Shown one piece after another: positions 13,431 to 26,175 of a stretch of 64,000 bases of DNA (the stretch's first letter is position 1; every line of letters starts with the position of its first letter). A program made the translations under genes and the position numbers. The stretch is from Octopus sinensis (taxonomy: Eukaryota), in contig NC_043003.1 in the NCBI RefSeq assembly GCF_006345805.1, forward strand, positions 107,198,001 through 107,262,000. The letters are read 5' to 3'. Under the pieces are notes generated by a model that saw only the letters and a program-made list of their open reading frames with translations, searched no databases and had not been told where the DNA came from.

Positions 13431-14715
13431 TATGTATATACACATATCTACAGTCACACATCTATAGTAATGTTTAGTCACAACGTATCAGTTATATCTT
13501 CAAACATCGTTAGTCTACTAATTATTTTTCTTTGATTTCCTGCAAATTTAATCATCTTCTCATGCGGCTCATTAATCTATTTATTTACTTATCTCTCTCC
13601 AAATATTCTTTTCTCTTTAGCCTCCATTAGCTGTTTTATGGTTATTCTATGATTTTTCAATGAGTTTTCTGATCATCTACACTCAAAGCTTGGCTTTAAA
13701 TCTCATTTCTGCGACTTCGTTTTCTACATACCTAATTAGTTGTTTAAAAGTAAATGGCATATCATAAATGATTCATTTCAACACAGACCAAACAAGTGCA
13801 TCTCTAGTCAAAATATTTGTGTGTTTTTGTGTGTTTGTGTGTGTTTGTGTGTGTGTGTGTGTGTGGGAAGGCACAAGGCCTAGTGTGTGTTTGTGTGTGT
13901 TAACAACAGGACACAAAAACTGTTCTTTAATATTAATAATGGACAATTATTATACGTAACTAGCAATGACACAGAACCCTGGGTAGCAACAGACTCATAT
14001 CTCAGACTTTAATATACGAATGTGTGTGTTAAGGCAGTGAGCTGGTAGAATTGGTAGCACGCCAGACAAATTGCTTAGCAGCATTTAGTATGTCTATATG
14101 CCGGTGGCACGTAAAAAGCACCAACCGATCGTGGCTGATGCCAGACCCCCCTGGCACCTGTGCAGGTGGCACGTAAAAAGCACCTACTACACCCACGGAG
14201 TGGTTGGCGTTAAGAAGGGCATCCAGCTGTAGAAATACTGCCAGATCAGACTGGAGCCTGGTGCAGCCCCTGGCTTCCCAGACCCCGGTCGAACCGTCCA
14301 ACCCGTGCTAGCATGGAGAACAGACGTTAAACGATGATGATGATGATATGATCTGAGTTCAAATCCCACAGAGGGTCAACATTGATTTTTATTATTTCGG
14401 GGTTGATAAAACAAGTACCAGTGCCCTAACTCTAACCCTTGAAATCATTATTGCTGTTGCTGTTGTTACTAGGCAGAATCACTAGAGAATCTGGAAAAGT
14501 GCTTTGCAGTATTCATTCTGGCTCTTTACATCACAAGTTCAAATCCTACTACGGTCAACTTTGCCTTTTATCCTTTTTTTTTGGGGGGGGGTCATTAAAA
14601 TAAAGTACGAGTCAAACACAGGAAGCAAAATCATTGCCTAACTTCCTCCCCCTAAAATTGCTGGCGTTTTCTGCCCAAATTGCTAACTCCCATCATTATC
14701 ATCATTATTATTATT

Positions 14716-15139
14716 CAGGAGTGGCTGTGTGATAAGTAGCTTGCTTACCAACCACATGGTTCCGGGTTCACTCCCACTGCGTGGCATCTTGGGCAAGTGT
14801 CTTCTGCTATAACCCCGGGCCGACCAATGCCTTGTGAGTGGATTTGGTAGACGGAAACTGAAAGAAGCCTGTCGTATATATGTATGTATATATATATATA
14901 TATGTGTGTGTATGTGTTTGAGTGTCTGTGTTTGTCCCCCTAGCATTGCTTGACAACCGATGCTGGTGTGTTTACGTCCCCGTTACTTAGCGGTTCGGTA
15001 AAAGAGACTGATAGGATAAGTACTGGGCCTACAAAGAATAAGTCCCGGGGTCAATTTGCTCGACTAAAGGCGGTGCTCCAGCATGGCCGCAGTCAAATGA
15101 CTGAAACAAGTAAAAGAGTAAAAGAGTAAAAGAAAAGAG
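14716..15139 (+). mobile_element. SINE family B copy
   Basis: Near-identical to 50282-50692. Confidence 0.9.
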
Positions 15140-15345
15140 AGTTCTATATTTAAGAGATGAGGAATTGTATTCATTATTTACATTATTTACATTATTTACA
15201 TTTGACGGATATTTGTCCTCATCTTGTTTGTTGTTAACACAACATTTCGGCTGATATACTCTCCAGCCTTCATCAGGTGTCTTGGGGAAATTTGGAAACT
15301 GGGTTCTCATTCCTAAGGTATTTTTTGCCGTTGTTGTTGTTATTG

Positions 15346-15385
<40 letters not shown>

Positions 15386-15799
15386 TATTAATAATATTTA
15401 GGTCAGTGCCTGGAATCAAACTCGGAATCTTGGGGTTAAGAGCAGGCATATGGCATAGCGGGCTACTAACACCAAGATTCTGAGTTCAATTCCAGGCAGT
15501 GACCTAAATAATAATAATAATAATAACATCGAAAAATACCTTAGGAATGAGAACCCAGGTTCCAAATTTCTCCAAGACACCTGATGAAGGCTGGAGAGTA
15601 TATCAGCTGAAATGTTGTGTTAACAACAAACAAAATGAAGACAAATATCCATCAAATGTAAATAATGTAAATAATGTATTGTAGCCATTCATTTGCTTCT
15701 TTATATCTGAATGCATGTCTTTGGAAAATCTCAGGGCACACTTAGACATCTTCTGGGGTGCACCAGTGCATGCGGGTGCACCTTTTGAGAACCACTGTC

Positions 15800-16525
15800 T
15801 TAATCAGTGCACACGTGTTCTCAGCTATTCCACACATGTTGAGTGTTTCCAAAATCCATGGATGCAGCAACATGTTGTAAGCCTTTTTTGAAATCTATCC
15901 AGGCCATGCATAAGTTTTTTTTTGGTATCGTTTACAGTTCTTCATTATAACCCTGACTATCACAGGGTGGTCCTTAGTGCCCTTGGATCCTTTTCAGCAT
16001 CCCTTTTGTTCTACTGGCAGAAGATTGTTTTCCGCAAGGAACGTATATATTTTCCTTGCGAGGGTACCTGTTAATAGTTTCCATAGGAGGTTAAGACAAG
16101 CAATGGGTCAGTAATTGCCAACCTCATTGCCCTTTGACCGATCTTTCATTAACAACGTTTTTCTTCCTTCTACCATCCACTCTGGAACTGTACTGTTCTG
16201 TAGGCAATTATCTAATTGCAACGCAATTCTCTTGTGCATTGACCTAAACCACTTGATCCAGTAGCCTTGAATTCCATCTGGTCCTGCCATTTTCCAGTTT
16301 GGCAGCATTGACATCTGTGCAATGACATCTGCTGTTGTTATGCGTACATAGTCCTATCATGGAGCAGCCTCCGGGTGATGGAGTTAAGATCTCATGGAAT
16401 GAATCCACTCAGTACTGTGGTTGTGCAAAACTTCTTGCCCCTAGATGTTATTCCAAAATTGGCGGGTTTCTCCTGCTTCATGAGGTGTGTTATCTTTTGT
16501 ATTTCCTCCTAAGCCCTTAAAAAAC
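15800..16525 (-). mobile_element. R4/Dong-like REL LINE, RT fragment
   Basis: FWNNI; LPNWKMAGPDGIQGYWIK...VPEWMVEGRKTLLMKD...GNY*PIACLNLLWKLLTG...EQKGC. The 5' end abuts (ATT)n at 16525-16557. Confidence 0.75.
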
Positions 16526-17814
16526 TGCCTCTTATTATTATTATTATTATTATTATTGAGCTGAAACTCAAATTGTAACTCTGGATTTTATGTCAATGAT
16601 TGTCCAAATTATAAAAGTAAAGGAACAGCATGGCAGCAAAGTCAGAATATTCATAATTGCATCAAAATATGATTAGTCAACAGTACATCAGGACTTGATT
16701 GATTGTTGAAAACATATACACCCTACCTTATGTACTTTTCTCCTTGTTTATAAATACAAACATCCAACTACACACACACACACGCACGCATATAGTTATC
16801 CTCATCGTCATCATTTAATGTCCATTTTCCACACTGGTATGGGTTGGACTGTATTGATATATACACATATAAACTACAAGTTTGTAGTTCATTAATTTGT
16901 GTGTGTGTGTGTGTGTGTGTGTGTTGAATTAATAAATCATGAGCTGATATATCAGTGTGACATGAAGGCAGTTATTTTGTCTCATCTTGATATTCTTTTT
17001 TGTTTTGTGTATTTTTTTGACCATTTACCAATTCCTCGTAAGTGATTCTTTTCATGGTGTCATCAAGAGTAAACAGAAACATTACCAAAACACGATTCCA
17101 TTTAACTGTAACTTTCGACAGTGCGAACCTGTTCTCTTGCTCAACAGTCGTACATCAACAATAGACTCTCTGTGACGTAGATCCGCTCGCGTTCTCAGTT
17201 TACATTCAAGCCTGGGTAGACAAATTAACATGAAGACAAACAGACAGACAGGAAAGAGAAGAAACAGGCAGAGACTGGGAGAAAGTTTTAATTTTGAATA
17301 TTTGGCCATTCAGTCACAATGAATTCATTCTTAAGTGTCAAAGAAATAAAAATGGCCAACTGGATACAGCATGCACGTAGTAGCTTGCAAGTCCTAGGTT
17401 CAAACCCATTGCAAGTGTATGGGTGGAGGCACATGTATGGGTGGAGGCACAACTGTGTGGTTAAGAAGTTTGCTTACCAATCACACAGCTCCATGTTCAA
17501 TACCACTGTATGACACCAAGGGTAATCAGTGGCTTCTGTTGCAGACTTAGGCTCATCTAAGGCTTGTAACGGAAAATTTGGCACATGAAATCTGTAGAAA
17601 CCATTCTGGTGGATGCCACATAAAAAGCACCTCTGCTGGAACCATGTAAGAAACACCCACACTTGGGCCACATAAAATCCATCCCTTTTGTGCCACATTA
17701 AAAAGCACCTGCACCCATGCCACATAAAATGCACCCAAAACACTCTCTGTAAAGTGGCTGGCGTTAGGAAGGGCATTTGGCTATAGAACCTTGCTAGCGT
17801 GGAAAACACATGTT

Positions 17815-17815
17815 A

Positions 17816-17849
<34 letters not shown>

Positions 17850-17955
17850 TTGATGATGATGTTGATGATGATGATGATGTTGATGATGTTGATGATGATG
17901 ATGTTGATGATGTTGATAATGATGGTGGTGCTGGTGGTGGTGGTGGTGGTGATGG

Positions 17956-17990
<35 letters not shown>

Positions 17991-18095
17991 TTGATGATGA
18001 TGGTGGTGGTGGTGATGACGATGATGATGATGATGATGATGTTGATAATGATGTTGATGATGATGGTGGTGGTGGTGGTGATGGTGATGATGCAT
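17815..18095. repeat. (GAT)n/(GGT)n tract grown from an RTE tail
   Basis: Starts exactly at the end of an RTE 3' UTR (AAAACACATGTTAGATGATG). Confidence 0.9.
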
Positions 18096-19326
18096 CATAA
18101 CGACTGAATCTGTTTCAGGAAGGTAGACTTAATCCATTGCTCTCTTTAGAAGTTTTAATAAAGTCCATTCTGTTGCAGGGATTTGAACCTAGTCCGCAAT
18201 CTCCACTTTTGACCAAACCACAAAAGAACATTGGTTATTCCACTAGACTGTCTTTGAGCCCTTGACAGAATACATATCGGAGAGGCACTGCGTGAATGCT
18301 GTCTGTAATTCACTACCATCACAGACATCTGGTGAAATGACCCAACTCTCAGCTGCAAATAAACAAGGAAAAGATCTGGCTTTGGGGCATTCTAGATTCA
18401 CGTTCCATCTTTGACATCTGTTGGATCAAAGATGAATAACAGTAACAGCAATGACATCAACAGCAGCAGCAGCAGCCGTTCAAGAATTTGGACCTGGAGA
18501 TCTCCATTTCCAGCGACTTCGAGGGTCACCTCCCAGTGGTGTCGGGCGTCAACGAAGAGCCCTCGACTACATCAAGACAACCAAAGTTTTTTTTTTTCTT
18601 TCCAAGGTCTGGGGTCTCCCGCCTCTAAGCCCTAGACCATCACCTAATCACCCTTACTCGTCTTGTTGCTTAACAACAACAACAACAACAACATCAACAG
18701 CAGCAGCATATCTAATTACTTCTGGAAAGTCGTTAATCAAATTCCTGCCCCACCCCCAGCCTTTACTATTGCCAGCAGACAGCAAGGAGGCTTTCTGTTG
18801 TGCAAAATAACACCAAGATGCTACGGTTGGTTTCATATTTGCTTATCAGTTCATATTCAGAATTGGATGGAATACAAAGAGAAAAGAGAAAAATAGGATT
18901 GGATCTATTTGTTGTTAATATAAAGTTCAAAAATAAAAACCAAATAACTATAAGTATAATTTGATTTTAATATATATATATATCATCATCATCATCATCA
19001 ACGTTTAACATCCTTTTTCCATGCTGGCATGGGTTGGACGGTTTGAGTGGGATCTGGGAAGCCAGGAGGCTGCACCAGGCTCCAATATATATATATATAT
19101 GTGCATGTGTGTGTGTGTGTGTGTGGGTGTCTGTGGATCTGACGATACACCATAAAGTTAAACCCTTTATGGATGGGAAACCCAGGGTAACCCCATAAAT
19201 CGGCCTTCCCCAGTAAAATCATCATCATCATCATCATAATCCTTGTTTAACATCCGTTTTCCATGCTGGCATGGGTTGGACGGTTTGACTGGGATCTGGG
19301 AAGCCAGGAGGCTACACCAGGCTCCA

Positions 19327-19364
<38 letters not shown>

Positions 19365-20018
19365 GAGTGGCTGTGTGGTAAGTAGCTTGTTTACCAACCA
19401 CATGGTTCCAGGTTCAGTCCCACTGCATGGCACCTTGGGCAAGTGTCTTCTACTATAGGCTCGGGCCGACCAAAGCCTTGTGAGTGGATTTGGTAGACGG
19501 AAACTGAAAGAAGCCCGTCGTATATATGTATATATATATGCATGCGTGTGTTTGTGTGTCTGTGTTTGTCCCCCTAGCATTGCTTGACAACCGATGCTGG
19601 TGTGTTTATGTCCCCGTTACTTAGCGGTTCGGCAAAAGAGACCAATAGAATAAGTACTGGGCTTACAAAAGAATATGTCCCGGGGTCGAGTTGCTCGATT
19701 AAAGGCAGTGCTCCAGCATGGCCGCAATCAAATGACTGAAACAAGTAAAAGAGTAAAGAGAGAGAGTATATATATATATATGTGCATGTGTGTGTGTGGG
19801 TGTCTGTGGATCTGACGATACACCATAAAGTTAAAGCCTTTATGGATGGGAAACCCAGGGTAACCCCATAAATTGGCCTTCCCCAGTAAAATCATCATCA
19901 ACTTCATTGTTTAATGTCTGTTTTCCATGCTGGCATGGGTTGGACGGTTTGGCTCAACTAAAGGCAGTGCTCCAGCATGGCCGCAGTCAAAGGACTTAAA
20001 CAAGTAAAAGAATAAAAG

Positions 20019-20070
<52 letters not shown>

Positions 20071-21186
20071 ACACACACACATATTTATTGGAGCTTTTTA
20101 AATTTTAAATAAATGTTGAATATTTGAAAAATTTCCACAAAGATAGAAATATCTATTTTTGTAATTTTGAAAATACAAATAAAACAATTTTTTTCTTTTA
20201 AAGTGAAGGATTTTTTTTTTGTACAAAATTGAAAGAAAAATTAATAAGGCATTAGAAGAGAATGACTCTCCCTAGACACAATAAAATATGCTTCAACACA
20301 CGAATTCACATAAAGAATCTTGCAAAGCAAATAAGAAAACGAAAGAAAGAAAATTTGTTGGATTTCAAAGTTTTTAGTTGTTTTGAGTTTCTATTGAGGG
20401 AAGACATTTTTGGCAGGTAAAAAAAAAAACAAATGGTCTTTGTAGAAACATGATACTAAGACAGGTGTGTGTGTGTGTGAGTGTATGTGAGTATATGTGT
20501 GTGCACGTGTATGTGTGTGAGTGTATGTGTGCACGTGTGTGTGTGAGAGTGTAACATTTTTGGCAGGTAAAAAAAACAAATGGACTTTACAGAAACATGA
20601 TGCTAAGACAGGTGTGTGTGTATATGTGTGTGTGCACGTGTGTGTGTGAGTGTATGTGTGTGCATGTCATGTATGTGTGTGCATGTCATGTATGTGTGTG
20701 TGTGCAGACACGTGTGTATGAGTGTATGTGTGTGCATGTGTGTGTGCACATGTGTGTATGAGTGTATGTGTGTGCATGTGTGTGTGCACACGCATGTGTG
20801 TATGAGTGTAAGTGTGTGTGCATGCATGTGTGCTTGTGTATATGTGCACATGCACATGTGTGCATTCATGTGCATGTATGCAAGTGTGTCCACATGTGTG
20901 TACACATACATCTGTATGCATGCATGCATGCATGTGTGCATTGTATGCATACATGTGTGCACATACATTATGTACACATGTTTGTGCATACATGTATTCT
21001 TTTACAATTCAGCTTTATAGAATATCAAGTTGTAATAAATATGTCTTTCCTAAGAATATTAATAATATTTGAGATCCAAAGGTGGCAAGCTGGCAGAATC
21101 GTTAGCACACCGGATGAAATACTTTGCGGTATTTCATCTGTCCTTATGTTCTGAGTTCAAATTCCACCAAGGTCGATTTTGCCTTT

Positions 21187-21620
21187 CATCCTTTTGGGGT
21201 CAATTAAATAAGTACCAGTTACACACCGGTGTCAATTTAATCAAATCATCCTCCCCAAAATCATTCTTTTGGGGCCAATTAAATAAGTAACAGATCGATT
21301 AATCGACTGGCCCCCTCTCCAAAATCTTCCTTTCGGGGTCAATTAAATAAGTACCAGTTATAAACTGGGGCCAATCTAATTGACTGGCCCCCTCTCCAAA
21401 ATCATCCTTTCGGGGTCAATTAAATAAGTACCAGTTATAAACTGGGGCCGATCTAATTGACTGGTCCCCTCTCCAAAATCATCCTTTCGGGGTCAATTAA
21501 ATAAGTACCAGTTATACACTGGGGTCGATCTAATCGACTGGCCCCCTCTCCAAAATCATCCTTTTGGGGTCAATTAAATAAGTACCAGTTATACACTGGG
21601 GCCGATCTAATTGACCAGTC
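21187..21620 (+). repeat. 77-bp tandem array inside a SINE A copy (6 units, one partial)
   Basis: Unit starts at 21187, 21262, 21326, 21403, 21480 and 21557. Confidence 0.92.
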
Positions 21621-22253
21621 CCCTCCTCCCCCCACAATTTCAGGCCTTGTGCCTCGAGTATTGCTAATATTTGAGACCCATAGTAGTTTATGCCTTCACA
21701 CTAAATCTAAATCTCGAATTTAACTCACTTCAATTTTACACTTTTGTACAATTTTCTCTTTCTAATTATTGGATAAAAATTCATCTTCATGTGCTGACAC
21801 AAGCCATAAATCTAAAAAGACGAAGGAGAGTATATAATCATGTGTTCCATTAAATACCAATTATTTTCATCTCTTGCATTCCATACAGGAATATTAAATC
21901 AACTTCTCTACTCGACTCACTCTTTATTCTATTGGTTTTGCAAAGCTAAAACCATAATGTTGCCATCTATGAGATTTGAAATCGGAGCATAAAGCATCAT
22001 AACTAAATAATCACAGGTGTTTTGTGCAGGTAATTTTGTCCGATTTGTTCCAGTCCACCACCTAATAGTTAATTATAGTGATTCTTTGAAATGCCTGCTT
22101 CCCATTTTATAACAAGTCATGATGGAGCAAAGGCAATGAGTGGCAGAACCATCATCACATTGCACAGAATGCATAGTGGCATTTCTTTCAGGTTTTTACT
22201 CTCTGGGTTCAAATCCTGCTGAGGTCAACTGATGCCACATAGTAAGCAACTGT

Positions 22254-22652
22254 GTCACATAAAAAGCACCTGCATTGGTGTCACATAAAATGTACCTGTG
22301 TCAGTGCCACATAAAAATGCACCTGTGTTGGTGCCATGTAAAAAGCACCTGTTCCACTGCCACATAAGCACCTGTACCAGTGCCACATAAAAAGCACCTG
22401 TGCTGGTGCCACATAAAAAGCGCCTGTGTTGGTGCCATGTAAAACTCCCCTGTGCCACTGCCATATGATAAGCACTTAGTACACTCTGTAAACTTGTTGG
22501 TGTTAGGAAAGGCATCCAGTCATGGAAACCTTGCCAAAACAGATGACAGAAGCCTGGTGCAGCTCTCCAGCCTTGCCACCTCCTGTCAAAATTTCCAACC
22601 CAGAGCACCATGGAAAACAGACATTGAATGATGATGGTGATGATGATGATAA
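22254..22652 (+). mobile_element. RTE-like 3' end with a ~26-bp unit array
   Basis: About 9 copies of GGTGCCACATAAAAAGCACCTGTGCT, then a diverged core and (GAT)n tail. Same variant at 17620-17730 and 52820-52870. Confidence 0.75.
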
Positions 22653-23327
22653 TGAAAAGAATTTAGCAAACATAAAATTTTCTGTAAAGTACTTTAAGCA
22701 GAAGAGTTTCAATGCAGGTATTATCAAAATCACCTCACTATAGCAGCCAAAATCTCCCTCAACAAAGTTCCTATTTGTCTTTAAAAGAAATGAAATATGT
22801 TTTTATCTTTCAAGCATATGTTGTATGTTAGAAGTGAATTTGCCCCACAACAAAGACAAGATTGTCACAAACTGATTGGCAAGCGTTAATTAATGATGAA
22901 ATGGCCTGAAGAGCTGATAAAAAGGAAAACAGTTACAAATCACTGGGGTGGAGGTGCAGCGTAGGAAAATACTGTAACAACATGAAATTATTTTACACAG
23001 ACGCCACATACACATATACATATTTATAAATATGCAGACATATATACATACAATAACACACACACACATACACATGTCTATAATAAGCATTTACATATGT
23101 GGATATATATACAATAATAGACATATACTCTTTTACTCTTTTACTTGTTTCAGTCATTTGACTGCAGCCATGCTGGAGCACCTCCTTTAGTTGAGCAAAT
23201 AGACCCCAGGACTTATTCTTTGGATACCTAGTACTTATTCTATCGGTCTCTTTTGCCGAACCACTTAGTTACGGGGACGTAAACAAACCACCATCGGTTG
23301 GGGGAACAAACAGACACACAAACATAT

Positions 23328-23443
<116 letters not shown>

Positions 23444-23562
23444 TATATATGTATATATACAATGGGCTTCTTTCAGTTTCCGTCTACCAAATCTACTCAC
23501 AAGGCTTTGGTCGGCCCGAGGCTATAGTGGGAGACACTTGCCCAAGGTGCCACATCTGGAGA

Positions 23563-25320
23563 GCTAATGGCTGCACCAGGCTCTAATCTGGTTCGGCAAT
23601 GTTTCTACAGCTGGATGCCCTTCCTAATGCCAACCACTCCGAGAGTGTAGGGAGTGCTTTTTACATGCCACTGGTACAGGAGCCAGTCAGGGGGCACTGG
23701 CCCCAGCTATGAACCATTGTTTTACTTAACTCAACAGGTCTTCTCAAGTATATCATATCACCCAACACATCAGGGTTATTCTGAACAGAGCTGGACATGT
23801 GTGGCTGCGATCTCACTTTAGTTGCCGGGTCTTCTCAATTACAGCATATCTCCAAAGGTCCTGATCTCCTGTCATTGCCTCTGTGAAGCCGAATGTTTGA
23901 AGGTCATGCTTCACCATCTCATCCCATGTTTTCCTGGGTCTACCTTGTCTACAAGTTCCTTCCACAGTTAGGGAGTGGCACTTCCTCACACAGCTGTCTT
24001 CATTCATATGTAACACATGACCATACCAGTGCAGACGCCTCTCATGCACACCACATTTGATGTTTCTTATGCCCAAATTTTCTCTTAGTGTGCTTACACT
24101 CTGTCATGTATGTACACTGACATTACACATCCATCAGAGCATATTGGCTTCATTCTTTCAAGCCTATGCACCTCCTCAGCATTCATGGCCCATGTTTCAT
24201 TGCTGTGTAGCATGGCAGTTTGCACACATGCATCATACAGTCTACCTTTTACTCTGAGCGAGAGGCCCTTTGTTACCAGCAGAGGTAAGAGCTTTCTGAA
24301 CTTTGCCCAGGCTATTCTTATTCTAGCAGCTATGCACTCAGAACATCCACCCACACTACAGACTTAGTCACCTAGGTAGCAGAAGCTATCAACTACTTCT
24401 AGTTTCTCCCCCTGGCATGGGATGGAATCTGTTTTCTGTATATCTTCAGCGTTTATTGCCCCTGTGCATCTGCCACACACAAAAACTATTTTCCCAGTTA
24501 ACCTTCCTTGGATATTGCTGCACCTCTTATGTGTCCAAAGCTTAACCAGGTACATCGCATGGAATTTCAACCCACACCTTTTCTATAGATCGAGCAGGGC
24601 CATCTACCTGAAGGGGATTGTGATTTGACAACCATCCTACTTACTAAGACTTTGGTTTTTGCCAAGTTAACCCTAAGCCCCTTCACTTCTAGACCTTGCT
24701 TCCACACCCTAAACTTCGTCTCTAGTTCTGGCTGTGACTCGGCTCCCAGGAGCATCCTGTCTTGAATTACTCTGTTATTGTCTAGAGAACTATAATGAAT
24801 AAGAGGGGCAGAGGACTGATCCTTGGTGAACCCCTACTTCTACTTGGAATTTTTCAGTATACTTGTTGCCAACCCTCACCTTACTGACAGCATCCCTGGC
24901 AGCTCTTACTAACCACTTCTCTATCCCCAGTTTCCTCATTGACCACCAGATAAGGGATCAGATGACCCTGTCAAAGGCTTTCGCCAAGTCAACAAAAGCC
25001 ATGAACAGAGGTTTATCTTTGGCTATGTATTTCTCCTGCAGTTGCCTTACCAGAAATATAACATCAGTGGTGCTTCTACCTGGCACAAAACCAAGCTGCA
25101 TCTCATCTAGGCTAACTCTCTCCCTAATTAGTTGGGCTATGACCCTCTCCATGACCTTCATCATCTGATCCAACAACTTGATACCCCTGAAGTTATTTCT
25201 GTCTAAAACATCACCTGTACCTTTGTGGCAGTTGACTATGATGCTGCTACACCAGTCATTGGGTATGACTCCTTCATGAACTACCTGATTTACGATGCAG
25301 GTGACAAGACCATAACCCAC
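23563..25320 (-). mobile_element. 5'-truncated RTE-clade LINE (RT domain to 3' UTR), decayed
   Basis: Consecutive minus-strand ORF pieces: RGIKLL...QLGFVPGRSTTDVIF...FVDLAKAFDRV; GLRVNLAKTKVL; LEVVDSFCYLG; RIRIAWAKFRKLLPLL; RRLHWYGHV...GRPRKTW. The 3' UTR matches the many short copies in the window. Confidence 0.93.
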
Positions 25321-25931
25321 ATTTGATTAATATCACAGCTTTGTATTATGTCAATATCATACTTGTATGGTGTGGGCATGGCTGAACGGTAAGAAGTTTG
25401 CTTCCCAACCACATGGTTCCAAGTTCAGTCCCACTGCATGGCACCATGGGCAAGTGTCTTCTATGATAACCTTGAACTGACTAAAGCTTGTGAGAGGATT
25501 TAGTAGATGGAAACTGAAAGAAGCCCATCGTATATATATATATATATATATATATGCCTGTGTGTGTGTGTGTGTTTTTCCCCACCACAGCTTGACAACT
25601 TATATTGGAGTGTTTATGTCCCCATAACTTAGCAGTTCAGCGAAAGAGACTAATAGAGTAAGTATTGGGCTTAAAGAATAAGTACTGGAGTCAATTTGTT
25701 CGACTAAAATTCTTCAAGGCAGTGCCCCAGCTTGGCCACAGTCTAATAACAGAAACAAGTAAAAGAATAAAAGAGCGTGATTGTTACATTTAATGTTAGC
25801 ATAGACAGAAAAAGCCAGGATCTGGATTTAATAAGGAAAAACATTAGAAAACAATGAAACAATCCTAACAAAAAAACAAACAAATTTGAGTGGATGAACC
25901 AAAGTGAATAAGACAGAAATTTAATTCTTAC

Positions 25932-26060
25932 TTTTCAATGGTTTCCTGAAGTCCTCTTTTAGTTTTCTTAGCTTTAGCAACAGCTGAGACGAGGGATGTA
26001 AAAGAACGATTTTTTCTGAGATCTGAAACAACGTTTTCCATTATGTCCTGGACATACTGT
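25932..26060 (-). CDS. IQCG: Next internal coding exon of the IQCG/DRC9-like gene
   Basis: Acceptor aattatttgcag (AG at 26062-26061) and donor GTAAGA at 25931. 129 nt, phase 2 to phase 2: (R)QYVQDIMENVVSDLRKNRSFTSLVSAVAKAKKTKRGLQETIE(K). Splices in frame to the 60124 exon giving DRQY, matching the recalled IQCG DRQF junction and the following helix (human DRQFFSDVIADTIKELQDSATYNSLLQAL). Confidence 0.72.
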
Positions 26061-26175
26061 CTGCAAATAATTAAAAAAATTGATACTATAATAATATAAA
26101 TTTCTATCAATCTAACTTTATGTTTGCATGGGTAAATTACATTATTATGAAGACATTAGCTATTGGAATTTATAA

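Noticed and set aside
18499-18600. HDV-like ribozyme
   Set aside because: A P1-like stem exists, but I could not assign P1.1, P3 or P2 on either strand.
21187-21620. Regular array resembling CRISPR (also 61110-61850 and 36630-37080)
   Set aside because: Units are contiguous tandem copies without unique spacers, lie inside a SINE or LINE UTR, and there are no cas genes in this eukaryotic DNA.
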